DNA from: Verrucomicrobiota bacterium
GTDB taxonomy: Bacteria; Verrucomicrobiota; Verrucomicrobiia; Opitutales; LL51
Direction: 5' to 3'
DNA: 32,000 bases
Assembly (NCBI GenBank): GCA_021294815.2
Contig: CP095464.1
Coordinates: 420,001-452,000, forward strand
The notes under the pieces were generated by a model. That model was not told where the DNA came from, did not search any database, and saw only the letters and a list, made by a program, of their open reading frames with translations. A program made the position numbers and the translations under genes. Below, piece after piece: positions 8,326-17,098 of this stretch; position 1 is the stretch's first letter, and each line of letters begins with the position of its first letter.

Positions 8326-9385
8326 CTAGTAGGCGCCCTTAATCTGTGACTCTTCTGCTGTCCATATGTCACCATCCGGATCAAATGCCTGTTGATCGTA
8401 GGACTACTCATTTGTTAAGACGTTGGCACCATCAGAGGCGCTTCTGATAATGCCCCCTATCGACATGCACTACCCCATCGGCCCCCAGCCCTCGTCCACA
8501 CCAGGAGCATCGTTGAAATCGGAGTCGTTAATATTAAGCTCTTGGTTTATCAGTGGCTCGGAAGGGACATCCTTCATGTTGGGATCGTTTTCATCTGGAA
8601 CAAACATAGGGGCATCTGCGTTGGGATCTTGTGACAGTTGCTTAAACGCTTCGTCCGCGGTGTCTTTTCCCAACAATCCTTCCAACTGAGTTTTCAACTG
8701 CTCGAACATCTTTATCGCGGATGAACACAAATCCGCGCCGGTCTCTTTGAGCTTATCTTTAGCTATATTTAATCCTGCTATCATTTTATCGCAGTCGCCT
8801 TGTAGGTCTGAAATTTGTTCTTGCGGCAGCTGACGATCTTTGACACTAGTGACCAAACCATCAAATCCCTGACAGAGGTTCGAAAAAGTTGTGAGCAACG
8901 ATCGAATTTCTTCCTGAGAAGCAAAGTTTGGTCTTGTTGCAATAGCCCCCACGTGCTGCTCATATCCCTTTAGCTTCTCCCCTGTCTCCTTCAGAGACTC
9001 AAGTTTTTGATCCCACCCCAGTTTTTCATTACGCAACTCGTGGCACTTTGCTTTATTCAGTTTCAAAGCAGTCTTTCCTTTTTCTGAAGTCAAAGCCCCC
9101 TGCTTTAACATACGCTAACACTATATTGCCAATATTGTCTATTTTGTCCCGCTCCTTCTGGCTTAACCCGCTTAACCCGACTTTATCCGCTTTTTTGAGT
9201 AAGCGACTGATAATGAAGCTTTTGATGCCCTGTTTAATGCGCGCAAAGGGACCAGGTCGTTTACCTTTTAGCTCTTTATTCGTGATTAGGCTTTTTGCCA
9301 CTTCTTTCGCGCTGATATCTCCAATCTTCTCCTCCCCCTGTGTAACAGTAAATCCCCTCGGGCCAACTGCTATTCTGAAATCCAT
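8326..9385 (-). pseudogene. Decayed coiled-coil family member CC-7 (one frameshift, two in-frame TAG)
   Basis: ORF 9053..9385 (MDFRIAVGPRGF...KRPGPFARIKQG...YVKAGGFDF) and ORF 8470..9111 (...EKGKTALKLNKAKCHE...) are two halves of one paralog. They are joined by a 1-nt frame change at the A5 run (plus-strand T5, 9079-9083). After TAG 8470-8472 the same frame continues ...ANVLTNE-TAG(8404-8406)-SYDQQAFDPDGD..., which matches the DEQNYDQQTF tail of CC-5 and CC-6. It ends at TAG 8326-8328. Confidence 0.75.
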
Positions 9386-9391
9386 ATTTGA

Positions 9392-9419
9392 AGTATAACT
9401 TTATAAAGCAATTTGTAAA
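9392..9419 (-). promoter_or_regulatory. Sigma-70-type promoter with leaderless geometry upstream of CC-7
   Basis: Minus strand reads TTTACA-16 nt-TATACT-TCAAAT-ATG. The -35 ends a T12 tract preceded by ATGTAAGGCG. Confidence 0.55.
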
Positions 9420-9428
9420 AAAAAAAAC
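9417..9428 (-). repeat. Homopolymer tract (T12 on coding strand) fused to the -35
   Basis: Plus-strand A12 run. Confidence 0.9.
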
Positions 9429-9709
9429 GCCTTACATAAACTTTTTTAACCTTCTTGCGAATAACCTCAAGTTTCAGGCTATTGAAAAATAAGCAGATAC
9501 TTCTCTCACATAAAGAAAGGTCCCCTCCCTGGTATTTTTAAATGCTTTTGGGGAAACCGTCATCAGTCGATGATGCTTTTCAATGGGAAACTTTAACTCA
9601 CTATCGGGCATTAAGATTCCTCTAACGGCGACCTTTGAAATCCCGCGAAGAATTTTATCAATTGGAATCTTTGAAAACCCTTATTTTCATACTGAGACTT
9701 TATGTCGTA

Positions 9710-11983
9710 CTAATTTTTTCCTAACATCTCCTTAATCTCTTGGCATACTTTATGGAATGCTTCATAGTTTTGAGCAAAATCTTCATTCGTCCCATTCAAG
9801 CCTGCTACGTTGCTATTATATGCCTGCTCGATCTTTTGTTTACTTTGCTCGATAAGCTCCTGTAATTGCTCCAAATTAACCAAAAGTTCCTGGCCTTCAG
9901 TCGATTCTAATTCACCCTCATCTGAAGGTTCAACTGCGGATCTGGTGATTTCTGCGAGTGTTGCAGCATAGCCGATTGATCTATCAATTTGAGCCTTATC
10001 CCTATCAATTAAAATTCGACACCCTGCTGGCGTCTTCAGCAGTTCCGTTTCCAGAGCGCTCAGCTTTTCCATACACGCCTGTTGTAGTGGTTCAATTTCT
10101 TGATTTTTCTTTTTTACTTCATCTGAATCGCTCTTGAACCGCTTGTGGACCTCTGCAAACTTTTGTATAACCTCGTGATCGATCGTCACATCGGCCGTTC
10201 GAAATTTCTCCTTAGCACTATAGCAGTCGCTATAAACGGATTTTGCTTGCCGACTTGTTTCCTGGATACCCGCTTGTAAATCATCGGAGGCTTTGACAAA
10301 AGCATCATAAAGCGATTGGATATTGTCGGGTAATGTTTTGCCGTCAGATAATAGGTTATCGATAGCACCCTTAAAATCCTCCGCAGTTTGAACGTGTTGT
10401 GCATGTATCGCATTAGCCTTTTCTACATTGGTCTTGATTGCTGTATTGAATGCGTTGAGCTGCCTCCACGAAGCGGTTGAAGTACTGGCCTTCAGCCTTG
10501 ATAATGATTTCTTTTCGCTTCTCCCTTGTGGGGCGATTCGACTCAGAAGCCCAATGTTCTGATCTATATCCTTGCAGAATTTCTCAATATCCTGAATCCT
10601 TCTTGAATCGCCGATTTTTAGCTGCTCAAGTTGAGCTTCGTACTCTTTTATGGTTTGCTCAACTCCCAAAGCAAATTCCTGACGGGTTTCAGTTTTATAC
10701 GTCTCCAACTCGCCATATTCCTTTTCTAAGGCTTTCTGAAAATCTGGATCATCCAAAGCCAAAGTTGCAAATGCCTTCAGTGCAGCTTCATGATGTGCAC
10801 AAATTTCGTCAAAATTTTTATTCCATTCTTCTTGTTTAGCTTTAAATCGGTCAAGCTTTGTCTGTGGCAGTGATTGGGCGTACTGCTTGAGCCCGCTGAG
10901 CGCAGTTTCGGCATTAGTCATTTTACCTTGAAGCCTTGATATCTTCCTATTCACATCCTCCTTTATCTGCCCCATACTTTGGTCCGTATTGGCAAAGAAC
11001 TCAGAAACTTTCTGAAAATCTGGTGATTTTTCAAAATCTTTGCTTGGTTTGGCGTGTCCTAGTCGACGAATGGCATCCTCTATACCTTGGAGTGGATTCG
11101 CGAAATCTGAAGGTTTCCTATAAGCGGCATTTTCAAGATCTATAACTGCTCCACGTTGCGCCTCTCTCAGATTTGCGTACCCCACTTTTAGTTGATCTTG
11201 TAACTGCGCTTTTTTCTCCGGGTCAGTTTCGTTGCCAATAAGCTTTTCAAGTTCATTGAACTCCGCTGTCATGAGTTCGCACTTCTGTGATAATTCCGCC
11301 TCATATCGTTCTTCGAGATCATTGATTTGCTCATAGCATTGATTTAACTTTGTTTGGAAATCATTACATTTGTTCTTAAGGGCCGCTTGGTATTTTGCCG
11401 CCGTCTGTTCAACTTCCTTTTTAAAACTTTCAATTCGCTTAGGAATTTCCTGAATCACGTTTTGGAGTACCCGAAGCTTCTCTTTATCGTTGTTGACCTG
11501 CTTAGGATCATTTTTTAGAAGATTTTGTCCGACGAAAAGGTTCAGGTTCTTTTTAAGCTCTTTAATATCAGCGAGCATTTGGTTAAATTGGTTGATTTGC
11601 ACCTGTGTCATCACATGTTGATTATCCTGAACAAGCTGATTTAAGTCATTCACATATGCACTGGCACTCGATTTTATATCGTACGAACCATGAACAAAAT
11701 CGTTCACAACCTTCATGCCGTCCTTCACCTGCTTTTGCTCATTTTCCCATGCCTTTTCAAAACCCTCTTGATTGAATTTCCCAGCTTTAAAAGCACTCAA
11801 GCCAAATCTTTCGATATTCGCTTCTACAGAAGCTCTGCTGCCATTCTTAAGCTTAAAAAATTGCCCTATGGTCGTAGAAGACATTTTAAATTTACCGCCA
11901 CAAGCCTCACGATTTTTCCTCTCAATCGCCGATGTTAGCCTTGCCGCCTGCCACCGACTGACACCCCCAATCATTTCTCCCAT
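9710..11983 (-). CDS. Coiled-coil family protein CC-8 (hypothetical, largest member, 757 aa)
   Basis: N-terminus MGEMIGGVSRWQAARL matches the G-x-x-x-W-Q/E-x-A-K/R-L motif. The long K/E/Q-rich body has no TM segment or signal peptide. The ATG lies 6 nt after the -10. Confidence 0.85.
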   Translation of the reverse strand: MGEMIGGVSRWQAARLTSAIERKNREACGGKFKMSSTTIGQFFKLKNGSRASVEANIERFGLSAFKAGKFNQEGFEKAWENEQKQVKDGMKVVNDFVHGSYDIKSSASAYVNDLNQLVQDNQHVMTQVQINQFNQMLADIKELKKNLNLFVGQNLLKNDPKQVNNDKEKLRVLQNVIQEIPKRIESFKKEVEQTAAKYQAALKNKCNDFQTKLNQCYEQINDLEERYEAELSQKCELMTAEFNELEKLIGNETDPEKKAQLQDQLKVGYANLREAQRGAVIDLENAAYRKPSDFANPLQGIEDAIRRLGHAKPSKDFEKSPDFQKVSEFFANTDQSMGQIKEDVNRKISRLQGKMTNAETALSGLKQYAQSLPQTKLDRFKAKQEEWNKNFDEICAHHEAALKAFATLALDDPDFQKALEKEYGELETYKTETRQEFALGVEQTIKEYEAQLEQLKIGDSRRIQDIEKFCKDIDQNIGLLSRIAPQGRSEKKSLSRLKASTSTASWRQLNAFNTAIKTNVEKANAIHAQHVQTAEDFKGAIDNLLSDGKTLPDNIQSLYDAFVKASDDLQAGIQETSRQAKSVYSDCYSAKEKFRTADVTIDHEVIQKFAEVHKRFKSDSDEVKKKNQEIEPLQQACMEKLSALETELLKTPAGCRILIDRDKAQIDRSIGYAATLAEITRSAVEPSDEGELESTEGQELLVNLEQLQELIEQSKQKIEQAYNSNVAGLNGTNEDFAQNYEAFHKVCQEIKEMLGKN

Positions 11984-11989
11984 GGACCC

Positions 11990-12017
11990 AGTATATTTCC
12001 ATACAGCAATTTGTAAA
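11990..12017 (-). promoter_or_regulatory. Sigma-70-type promoter predicting a leaderless CC-8 mRNA
   Basis: Minus strand reads TTTACA-16 nt-TATACT-GGGTCC-ATG. The -35 ends a T15 tract preceded by CCTGTAAAGCG. Confidence 0.6.
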
Positions 12018-12029
12018 AAAAAAAAAAAA
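12015..12029 (-). repeat. Homopolymer tract (T15 on coding strand) fused to the -35
   Basis: Plus-strand A15 run. Confidence 0.9.
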
Positions 12030-12166
12030 CGCTTTACAGGAAAATTTTATAATTTCATTAATAATCTCACACTCTAAGTCATAGAATAAACAACTCACCT
12101 GCGCCCCGAAACGAGCATTCGTGCATCAATACAACCTAAATAACTTTCTCAAACAAGCCAATTTGT

Positions 12167-12303
12167 TTACATCTTAATCGACGATGTAACCTGCAATACA
12201 CTCGTAATCACACTTAAGGCGAGGATCGCGACGCCAACAAAGGCACAGCCGCTATAGCTATTGCTGCTTTGATATCTCTGATTTCTCTTTTGCCTTGTTG
12301 CAT
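12167..12303 (-). pseudogene. Truncated copy A of the gspF 3' end (last TM helix)
   Basis: 12167-12250 encodes GCAFVGVAILALSVITSVLQVTSSIKM*, which is identical to the GspF C-terminus. I count 5 nucleotide differences, all synonymous third positions. Upstream of 12250 a 2-nt insertion breaks the frame (AIAIA.. vs AIAMG) and similarity fades. Confidence 0.8.
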
Positions 12304-12308
12304 GTTGT

Positions 12309-12987
12309 CTAGCTTAAAAGAGGCAACGGCATCAAAGGGAGACTTTGAATGCTATACGATAACGTTGAACCGTCTTCGAGCGTGACTTTATTCTTTTCTT
12401 CAGCCATGGGTATAAGATTATTCAATGCCTCCGCCAGATCGTTGTATGCTTCTACCATAGCGTAATCTTCTTTAAGAACATTGTTATACTCATCGCGAAT
12501 AGTTGTATTCGTCTCTTGAGAACATTTTGCATCATCTGCATCTAGAGACTGTCCTATCTGATCAATTTTGCTTTGATATGTCGTAATTTTCGCTGACAGT
12601 TCCCGATACTCTTGAGAGTCTTCGCTCAGGTTTAGTGCCTTTAGTGTATTTTGAAGTGGTGCAAGATTCCTTGATGCTTTTCCTTAATCTCTTTGGTTGC
12701 ATTCGCTACCTTTTCCGCTTTTATCACATCATACTCTGATCTTACAAATTGAAGCTTTGAAGTTCCAAATATACCGTTTGTAGTGGGCTGGAAAGAACGC
12801 TCATACAAATTTAGTTTCTTCTCGATAGCAGCACGATCGCCCTTGATCAATTTTATTCCAATATTTATAGGCTGCTTGATCGTCGAGAGTGTATTGCTTC
12901 TCCCTATATTTGGGTTTTCTTCTGCAGCCAAAACTTAGCCGTCTCCCATGCGCTAACTTTACCACCACTCTCGAGCTTAAAGGACAT
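12309..12987 (-). pseudogene. Decayed coiled-coil family member CC-9 (at least two frameshifts)
   Basis: ATG 12987 gives MSFKLESGGKVSAWETAKF, then the frame breaks at the T4 run (plus-strand A4, 12930-12933). Tracked ORF 12641..12931 continues ...IGIKLIKG...GTSKLQFVRSEY (cf. CC-5). A third frame then carries ...LNLSEDSQEYRELSAKITTYQSKIDQ... to TAG 12309-12311. The promoter geometry is kept but the hexamers have decayed (ATTTAA-16-TTAACT-6-ATG, 12994-13021). Confidence 0.7.
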
Positions 12988-13198
12988 AAGTCGAGTTAAT
13001 GCCACACGACGTACTTTAAATCAATAACACATTTATTTACATTTTTAACCTATACCCAAATATGCGATCGCATTTCGTAGAAATTTTGTGTTCGTGTAAT
13101 ACAACTTCGCATTCGACCTTAGCCACCTGTCTTTTTACAGAAGGCCTTGTTAAAAATGCTACGCAAATGATGTAGAATGCGGTTCGACTATCTCCGTT

Positions 13199-13399
13199 TT
13201 ACATCTTAATCGAAGAGGTAATTTGCAAGACACCCGCAACGACGCTCGCGACGCCGACAAAGGCACAGCACATGGCTATGGCCGTGACTATACTCGACAT
13301 CATGTTGAGGTCGTTCATCAGGACCCCGTGATACTTCTTGTAGACGCTGCTCAGAAAATCTGCGAATCGATATTCTTGCAAATTGGCAGGCGAGCTCAC
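13199..13399 (-). pseudogene. Truncated, more diverged copy B of the gspF 3' end
   Basis: The tracked 66-aa ORF ends ...SSVYKKYHGVLMNDLNMMSSIVTAIAMCCAFVGVASVVAGVLQITSSIKM*. This is clearly homologous to GspF ...KSVYKKYHGDLINDLNMMSSAVTAIAMGCAFVGVAILALSVITSVLQVTSSIKM*, with a 4-codon gap. Nothing upstream corresponds to the rest of GspF. Confidence 0.75.
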
Positions 13400-13466
13400 A
13401 CCGTGATAACGTTTAAAACTTATGAAATTACAGAACTCGCACCAGCATCAATTACATGAGATGCTA

Positions 13467-15278
13467 CTACCATCCAAATCTCTGTCTCTTATTGGATCTT
13501 TCCGATTGTTTCCCAATTTTAGCAAACAAATCTTTCATTGCTTGGGGTGCCTCTGTTAGCAATGCTTGTATTGTGTCTTTAGGTACCTCTTTCAGTACTT
13601 CTTCCAAAATACCAGCTACATTCGCCCGATATTCCGTAAATAGCCCTTGAATATTCTCGTCTAGTTTTGCAAAAGTATTTCTGAATTCCGTAACCGTTTG
13701 CTCAACTGCTTTTTCACTCTCTTGAATTTCCCTAATATTTCCGCTTCCAATAAGACTTTCTAAATGCTCAATTGCGCTTTGAACCTTGCTCTTTGCCTGA
13801 TTGTATGATTGAAAATTGTTCGCAAATCGATCATAAGCCTCTTTAAGTTTTTGAATACCTTCTTCGAACTTTTGGGTATTGTGCGCGCCACTTTTAAGCT
13901 CCTCTAAATAGCCTATGGGAGCATCGTGGAATGGTTGAACATAACTCATGTAAGAATCCATGGAAGACGTGCATCCTTCACATGTGGCTTTAGCTGCGTC
14001 AAGATCTTGTTGGAGCATTTGCCTCAATTGCTCATTAAGATTCGTTTTTAGTTGATCAATTGCTGGTTGCAGTTTGGACTCACCCAAATGCTCAATTTCC
14101 TGTTGAATTTGACGGAACTGCTCAAGTATAAAAGCGTCTTGTCTTTGTAATTCAGCCTCATCTATGTTATCAGCTGACATTAGTTGGCTCTGCGAAGTGT
14201 TAATGCTCGCCTGAAGTAGCTGAAGTTTATTGGAGATTTCATTGGCCGCACTTTGTTGCTGTTGTAGCTTGTCTGCAACGGTGTTGTGTTGCTCATTAAG
14301 CTTGCTCAGAGTTTCCGTCCCCTGAAGTTTTTGGCCAACGTAATTCTTGAGATCCTGAAGCGACATCAGTTGCTCTTGAAGGTTTGAGCAACTTTTCTGG
14401 AGAGTTTTCAAAGAATTTTCCTGAGTACCTACATTTGCTCGTAACTGATCCCATTTCGATGCGTATAGGTCCCTAATTTGCTGGTTTTTAAGGTTTTGTA
14501 AGTCCGTTTTCAGCGCGTTGATTTCGGCCTGAAGGGATATCCCTTCTGCACCACCGAATGTCTTATTGATTTCATGGCCAATCTGCCCAACTTTCTCATG
14601 TATTGCTTCATCAAATTGCTGGCAAACAGACAAATTCTGATCTTGCGTAGGGGCCGTTTCGAAAATGTTCTGTCTCACATTATTGAGGTCCGCATTAAAC
14701 CGTGCTACAGATTTGTTTTGTTCCCTGATTTTATTTAGGAGTTCCTGATACCGGTTATTAATTTTGCTTAGTTTGTCTGCATACTTCGATCCCTCGGGAA
14801 CGCTGATCGCGTTCTTTTCTTCCTCAAACGATTTCAGTTGTCCTTCAAGTCCTAAACAATTCTTCTGTTGGTCGCTCAAAAAAGTCTCAAATTCCCCAAC
14901 GGCGTTTTGAAAATTGTCCCATTCTTTATGGTACTGGTCTTTGCGATCTTTAATTTGTTGCTGTGCGATATGATGCTGTTTATTTTTCATCTCCACTGTC
15001 TGGTTATACCCTGAACGAGAAAAATAGGGTATATCTATCTTTTTCCCGAACAAACTAATCGTCGCTTTTTTAAAAGTCTCAGTTTCAGCATACTTTTGTA
15101 GGTCTCCGTAAAATTTCCGCCCCTCGTCAGAGTACGGATTTTTTCGTGCATTTCTAACAGTTTTAAAATATGCCTTGATAACGTCTACGGAAAAGACGTT
15201 TTCTGGATTATACGATCGAGCTGCTGTAAATATCGCAGCGTTTAAACCGCCAACTCGCTTGTTGAGGTTTTCTACCAT
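13467..15278 (-). CDS. Coiled-coil family protein CC-10 (hypothetical)
   Basis: N-terminus ...RVGGLNAAIFTAAR and box LFGKKIDIPYFSRSGY align with the family. 603 aa, Q/E/K/N-rich. Unlike its siblings it has a leader of about 50 nt. Confidence 0.85.
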   Translation of the reverse strand: MVENLNKRVGGLNAAIFTAARSYNPENVFSVDVIKAYFKTVRNARKNPYSDEGRKFYGDLQKYAETETFKKATISLFGKKIDIPYFSRSGYNQTVEMKNKQHHIAQQQIKDRKDQYHKEWDNFQNAVGEFETFLSDQQKNCLGLEGQLKSFEEEKNAISVPEGSKYADKLSKINNRYQELLNKIREQNKSVARFNADLNNVRQNIFETAPTQDQNLSVCQQFDEAIHEKVGQIGHEINKTFGGAEGISLQAEINALKTDLQNLKNQQIRDLYASKWDQLRANVGTQENSLKTLQKSCSNLQEQLMSLQDLKNYVGQKLQGTETLSKLNEQHNTVADKLQQQQSAANEISNKLQLLQASINTSQSQLMSADNIDEAELQRQDAFILEQFRQIQQEIEHLGESKLQPAIDQLKTNLNEQLRQMLQQDLDAAKATCEGCTSSMDSYMSYVQPFHDAPIGYLEELKSGAHNTQKFEEGIQKLKEAYDRFANNFQSYNQAKSKVQSAIEHLESLIGSGNIREIQESEKAVEQTVTEFRNTFAKLDENIQGLFTEYRANVAGILEEVLKEVPKDTIQALLTEAPQAMKDLFAKIGKQSERSNKRQRFGW

Positions 15279-15334
15279 CGCATCGTACTCCCGATTAGGG
15301 ACAAAACCTCCTGCTGGGCCAATTCCAGAGCTCG

Positions 15335-15362
15335 TGAATATAAATTAATATTATTCTTGCAA
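15335..15362 (-). promoter_or_regulatory. Possible promoter for CC-10 (leadered)
   Basis: Minus strand reads TTGCAA-16 nt-TATTCA about 55 nt upstream of the ATG. GGGAG lies 9 nt before the ATG. Confidence 0.3.
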
Positions 15363-15622
15363 CTTACAAACAAATACATAATATACGTTGCCGATTGCTC
15401 GTATACTAGAGCGCGTTTTGGCAAGTCGCTACATAAGATGTCACAATACTATCCTTTCCCTGATAAAACCCAGTATGTTACTTAATAAGAGGCCTTCAAA
15501 ATTTTATTAAAGGCTTGATAGGTATGCTGGTGTACGATCAAATGCTTAAGCTCTTTTGGTGGTGATTACAAACTCCTGCCAAAAACTAAATCACTCTTCC
15601 AAGGAAGCCAAACCCAAAACCG

Positions 15623-15763
15623 CTACATCTTAATCGACGATGTAACTTGTAAGACGCTGGTGATTACACTCAAGGCGAGAATCGCGACACCGACGAAGGC
15701 ACAGCCCATGGCGATGGCCGTGACCACACTCGACATCATGTTGAGGTCGTTGATCAGATCCAT
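15623..15763 (-). pseudogene. Truncated copy C of the gspF 3' end (46-codon ORF)
   Basis: It encodes MDLINDLNMMSSVVTAIAMGCAFVGVAILALSVITSVLQVTSSIKM*. Compared codon by codon with gspF I count 14 synonymous differences and 1 replacement (A->V), plus TAA->TAG. The ATG is created at the truncation junction. Confidence 0.8.
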
Positions 15764-15931
15764 AGAAACATCACGCTTTGATTAAGCAGCGATTTTAAGA
15801 GAACTTACCCCATCACGCTCCACTAGGAATCGGGGTATTACCGAAATTGGGATCATTTTTGCACAAAGGAACTCCCTTCCTTTGATTGCGCTATCACATT
15901 GAGTTCAGTCACCCGGCGAAAAATTATTGAT

Positions 15932-17053
15932 CTATGCATTGGAAGTTCCACCGTCAAATAGCCTTATTTTGTCTTTTATTGAGAGTTTCTCAGCAGCCAT
16001 CTGCTGTTTCTCTGTCTCTGGTGTCTCCGTTTTTCCCGATTCCAGAGTTACAGGTTTTTCGGGTTTTGCTATCTCCTCTTTTATGTCTGTAGATGCAAAG
16101 CCCCGCCGACTATAATTTTGATCGTCTGAGATGCTTTTATCTTGTAGTGTCTCGGCTGTGTTTTCAGATGTTTTTTCCATTAGACGGCCCTCAAAATATT
16201 CCTCCGAGCATCCTTGCTCTTGATCCTGTATTAATGGATCAAATATTTCTGGATCAATTTCACCACCAACCCAAAGCGGCGGTTCGCCATTATTTTGAAG
16301 AGTTGTCTCCTCATTAGTTATCTGTTGAGGCCCGGAAGTATTTATCTCCGGCGTGGTTTGACTGTTTAACAAATCGTCGTATTGATTAATTAAAAGCTGA
16401 GTTGCTGTATTCATAGCGTCCATGGCATTGAATCGCTCCTTATCGGTATAACTCTTATAGACATATCTCCTTTCATATGGACTTGCGAAATAAGTAGCGC
16501 CGGAGCCAATAGCGGTAGCGTATGAAAATTTCCGGCCATTAGCTTCTATATACTGCTTTTCCGGAAGGAGCTTCTTCCATTCTTTGCCAAACTTGGCGTC
16601 TAATTGAGCTTCTTTTGTTTCTTTTTGTCGCCTCAATGCTTCAAATTCTTGCTTTAGTTCATGAAACTTATTTATGGACTCTAGTCCTTTACTCTGGAAT
16701 GTTGTCCGGAGTACACTTTTGTTCATCTTCCATCTCGTTTTCGAAAAAGCCTTTGTCTTAAACGCTTCTAGAGGTAACTCATCTAACAAGTTCTGCACCG
16801 CCTGCCCTATAGCGATTTCCTGACCTTGCTTATCCTGTATCAATTTCCCATTTTTAATTGCTGAGCATAACCGTATAGCCGCAAAGGGCCCCTTCCCGGC
16901 AAGCGCTTGAGCACTCTTATCTCCGAGTTTTGCCAGCTCAACAACAATTTTCGCCGCATCCCGTTTATCAATATCATAGCTAGGACCGAACGCCTCCGAT
17001 CTACGAAACTTATACGTGCCCCAATTGGTATTACTAGCCCCGCTAACACTCAT
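15932..17053 (-). CDS. Coiled-coil family protein CC-11 (hypothetical) with acidic C-terminal tail
   Basis: It carries GKGPFAAIRL (cf. CC-5 KVGPFAMIGQL, CC-7 RPGPFARIKQG) and a helical K/E-rich middle. The acidic tail has DDQNY, a weak match to the DEQNYDQQ module. The ATG lies 6 nt after the -10. Confidence 0.8.
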   Translation of the reverse strand: MSVSGASNTNWGTYKFRRSEAFGPSYDIDKRDAAKIVVELAKLGDKSAQALAGKGPFAAIRLCSAIKNGKLIQDKQGQEIAIGQAVQNLLDELPLEAFKTKAFSKTRWKMNKSVLRTTFQSKGLESINKFHELKQEFEALRRQKETKEAQLDAKFGKEWKKLLPEKQYIEANGRKFSYATAIGSGATYFASPYERRYVYKSYTDKERFNAMDAMNTATQLLINQYDDLLNSQTTPEINTSGPQQITNEETTLQNNGEPPLWVGGEIDPEIFDPLIQDQEQGCSEEYFEGRLMEKTSENTAETLQDKSISDDQNYSRRGFASTDIKEEIAKPEKPVTLESGKTETPETEKQQMAAEKLSIKDKIRLFDGGTSNA

Positions 17054-17059
17054 AAGTTG

Positions 17060-17087
17060 AGTATAAATTTACAGAGAGATTTGTAAA
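17060..17087 (-). promoter_or_regulatory. Sigma-70-type promoter predicting a leaderless CC-11 mRNA
   Basis: Minus strand reads TTTACA-16 nt-TATACT-CAACTT-ATG. The -35 ends a T14 tract preceded by CCTGTAAAGCG. Confidence 0.6.
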
Positions 17088-17098
17088 AAAAAAAAAAA
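17085..17098 (-). repeat. Homopolymer tract (T14 on coding strand) fused to the -35
   Basis: Plus-strand A14 run. Confidence 0.9.

Noticed and set aside
12033-12052. Plus-strand TTTACA...TATAAT inside the conserved upstream box (cgcTTTACAggaaaatttTATAATttc, also at 17100-17120), which looks like a divergent promoter.
   Set aside because: The hexamers are only about 9-10 nt apart, far from the 16-18 nt a sigma-70 promoter needs, and no plus-strand gene follows.
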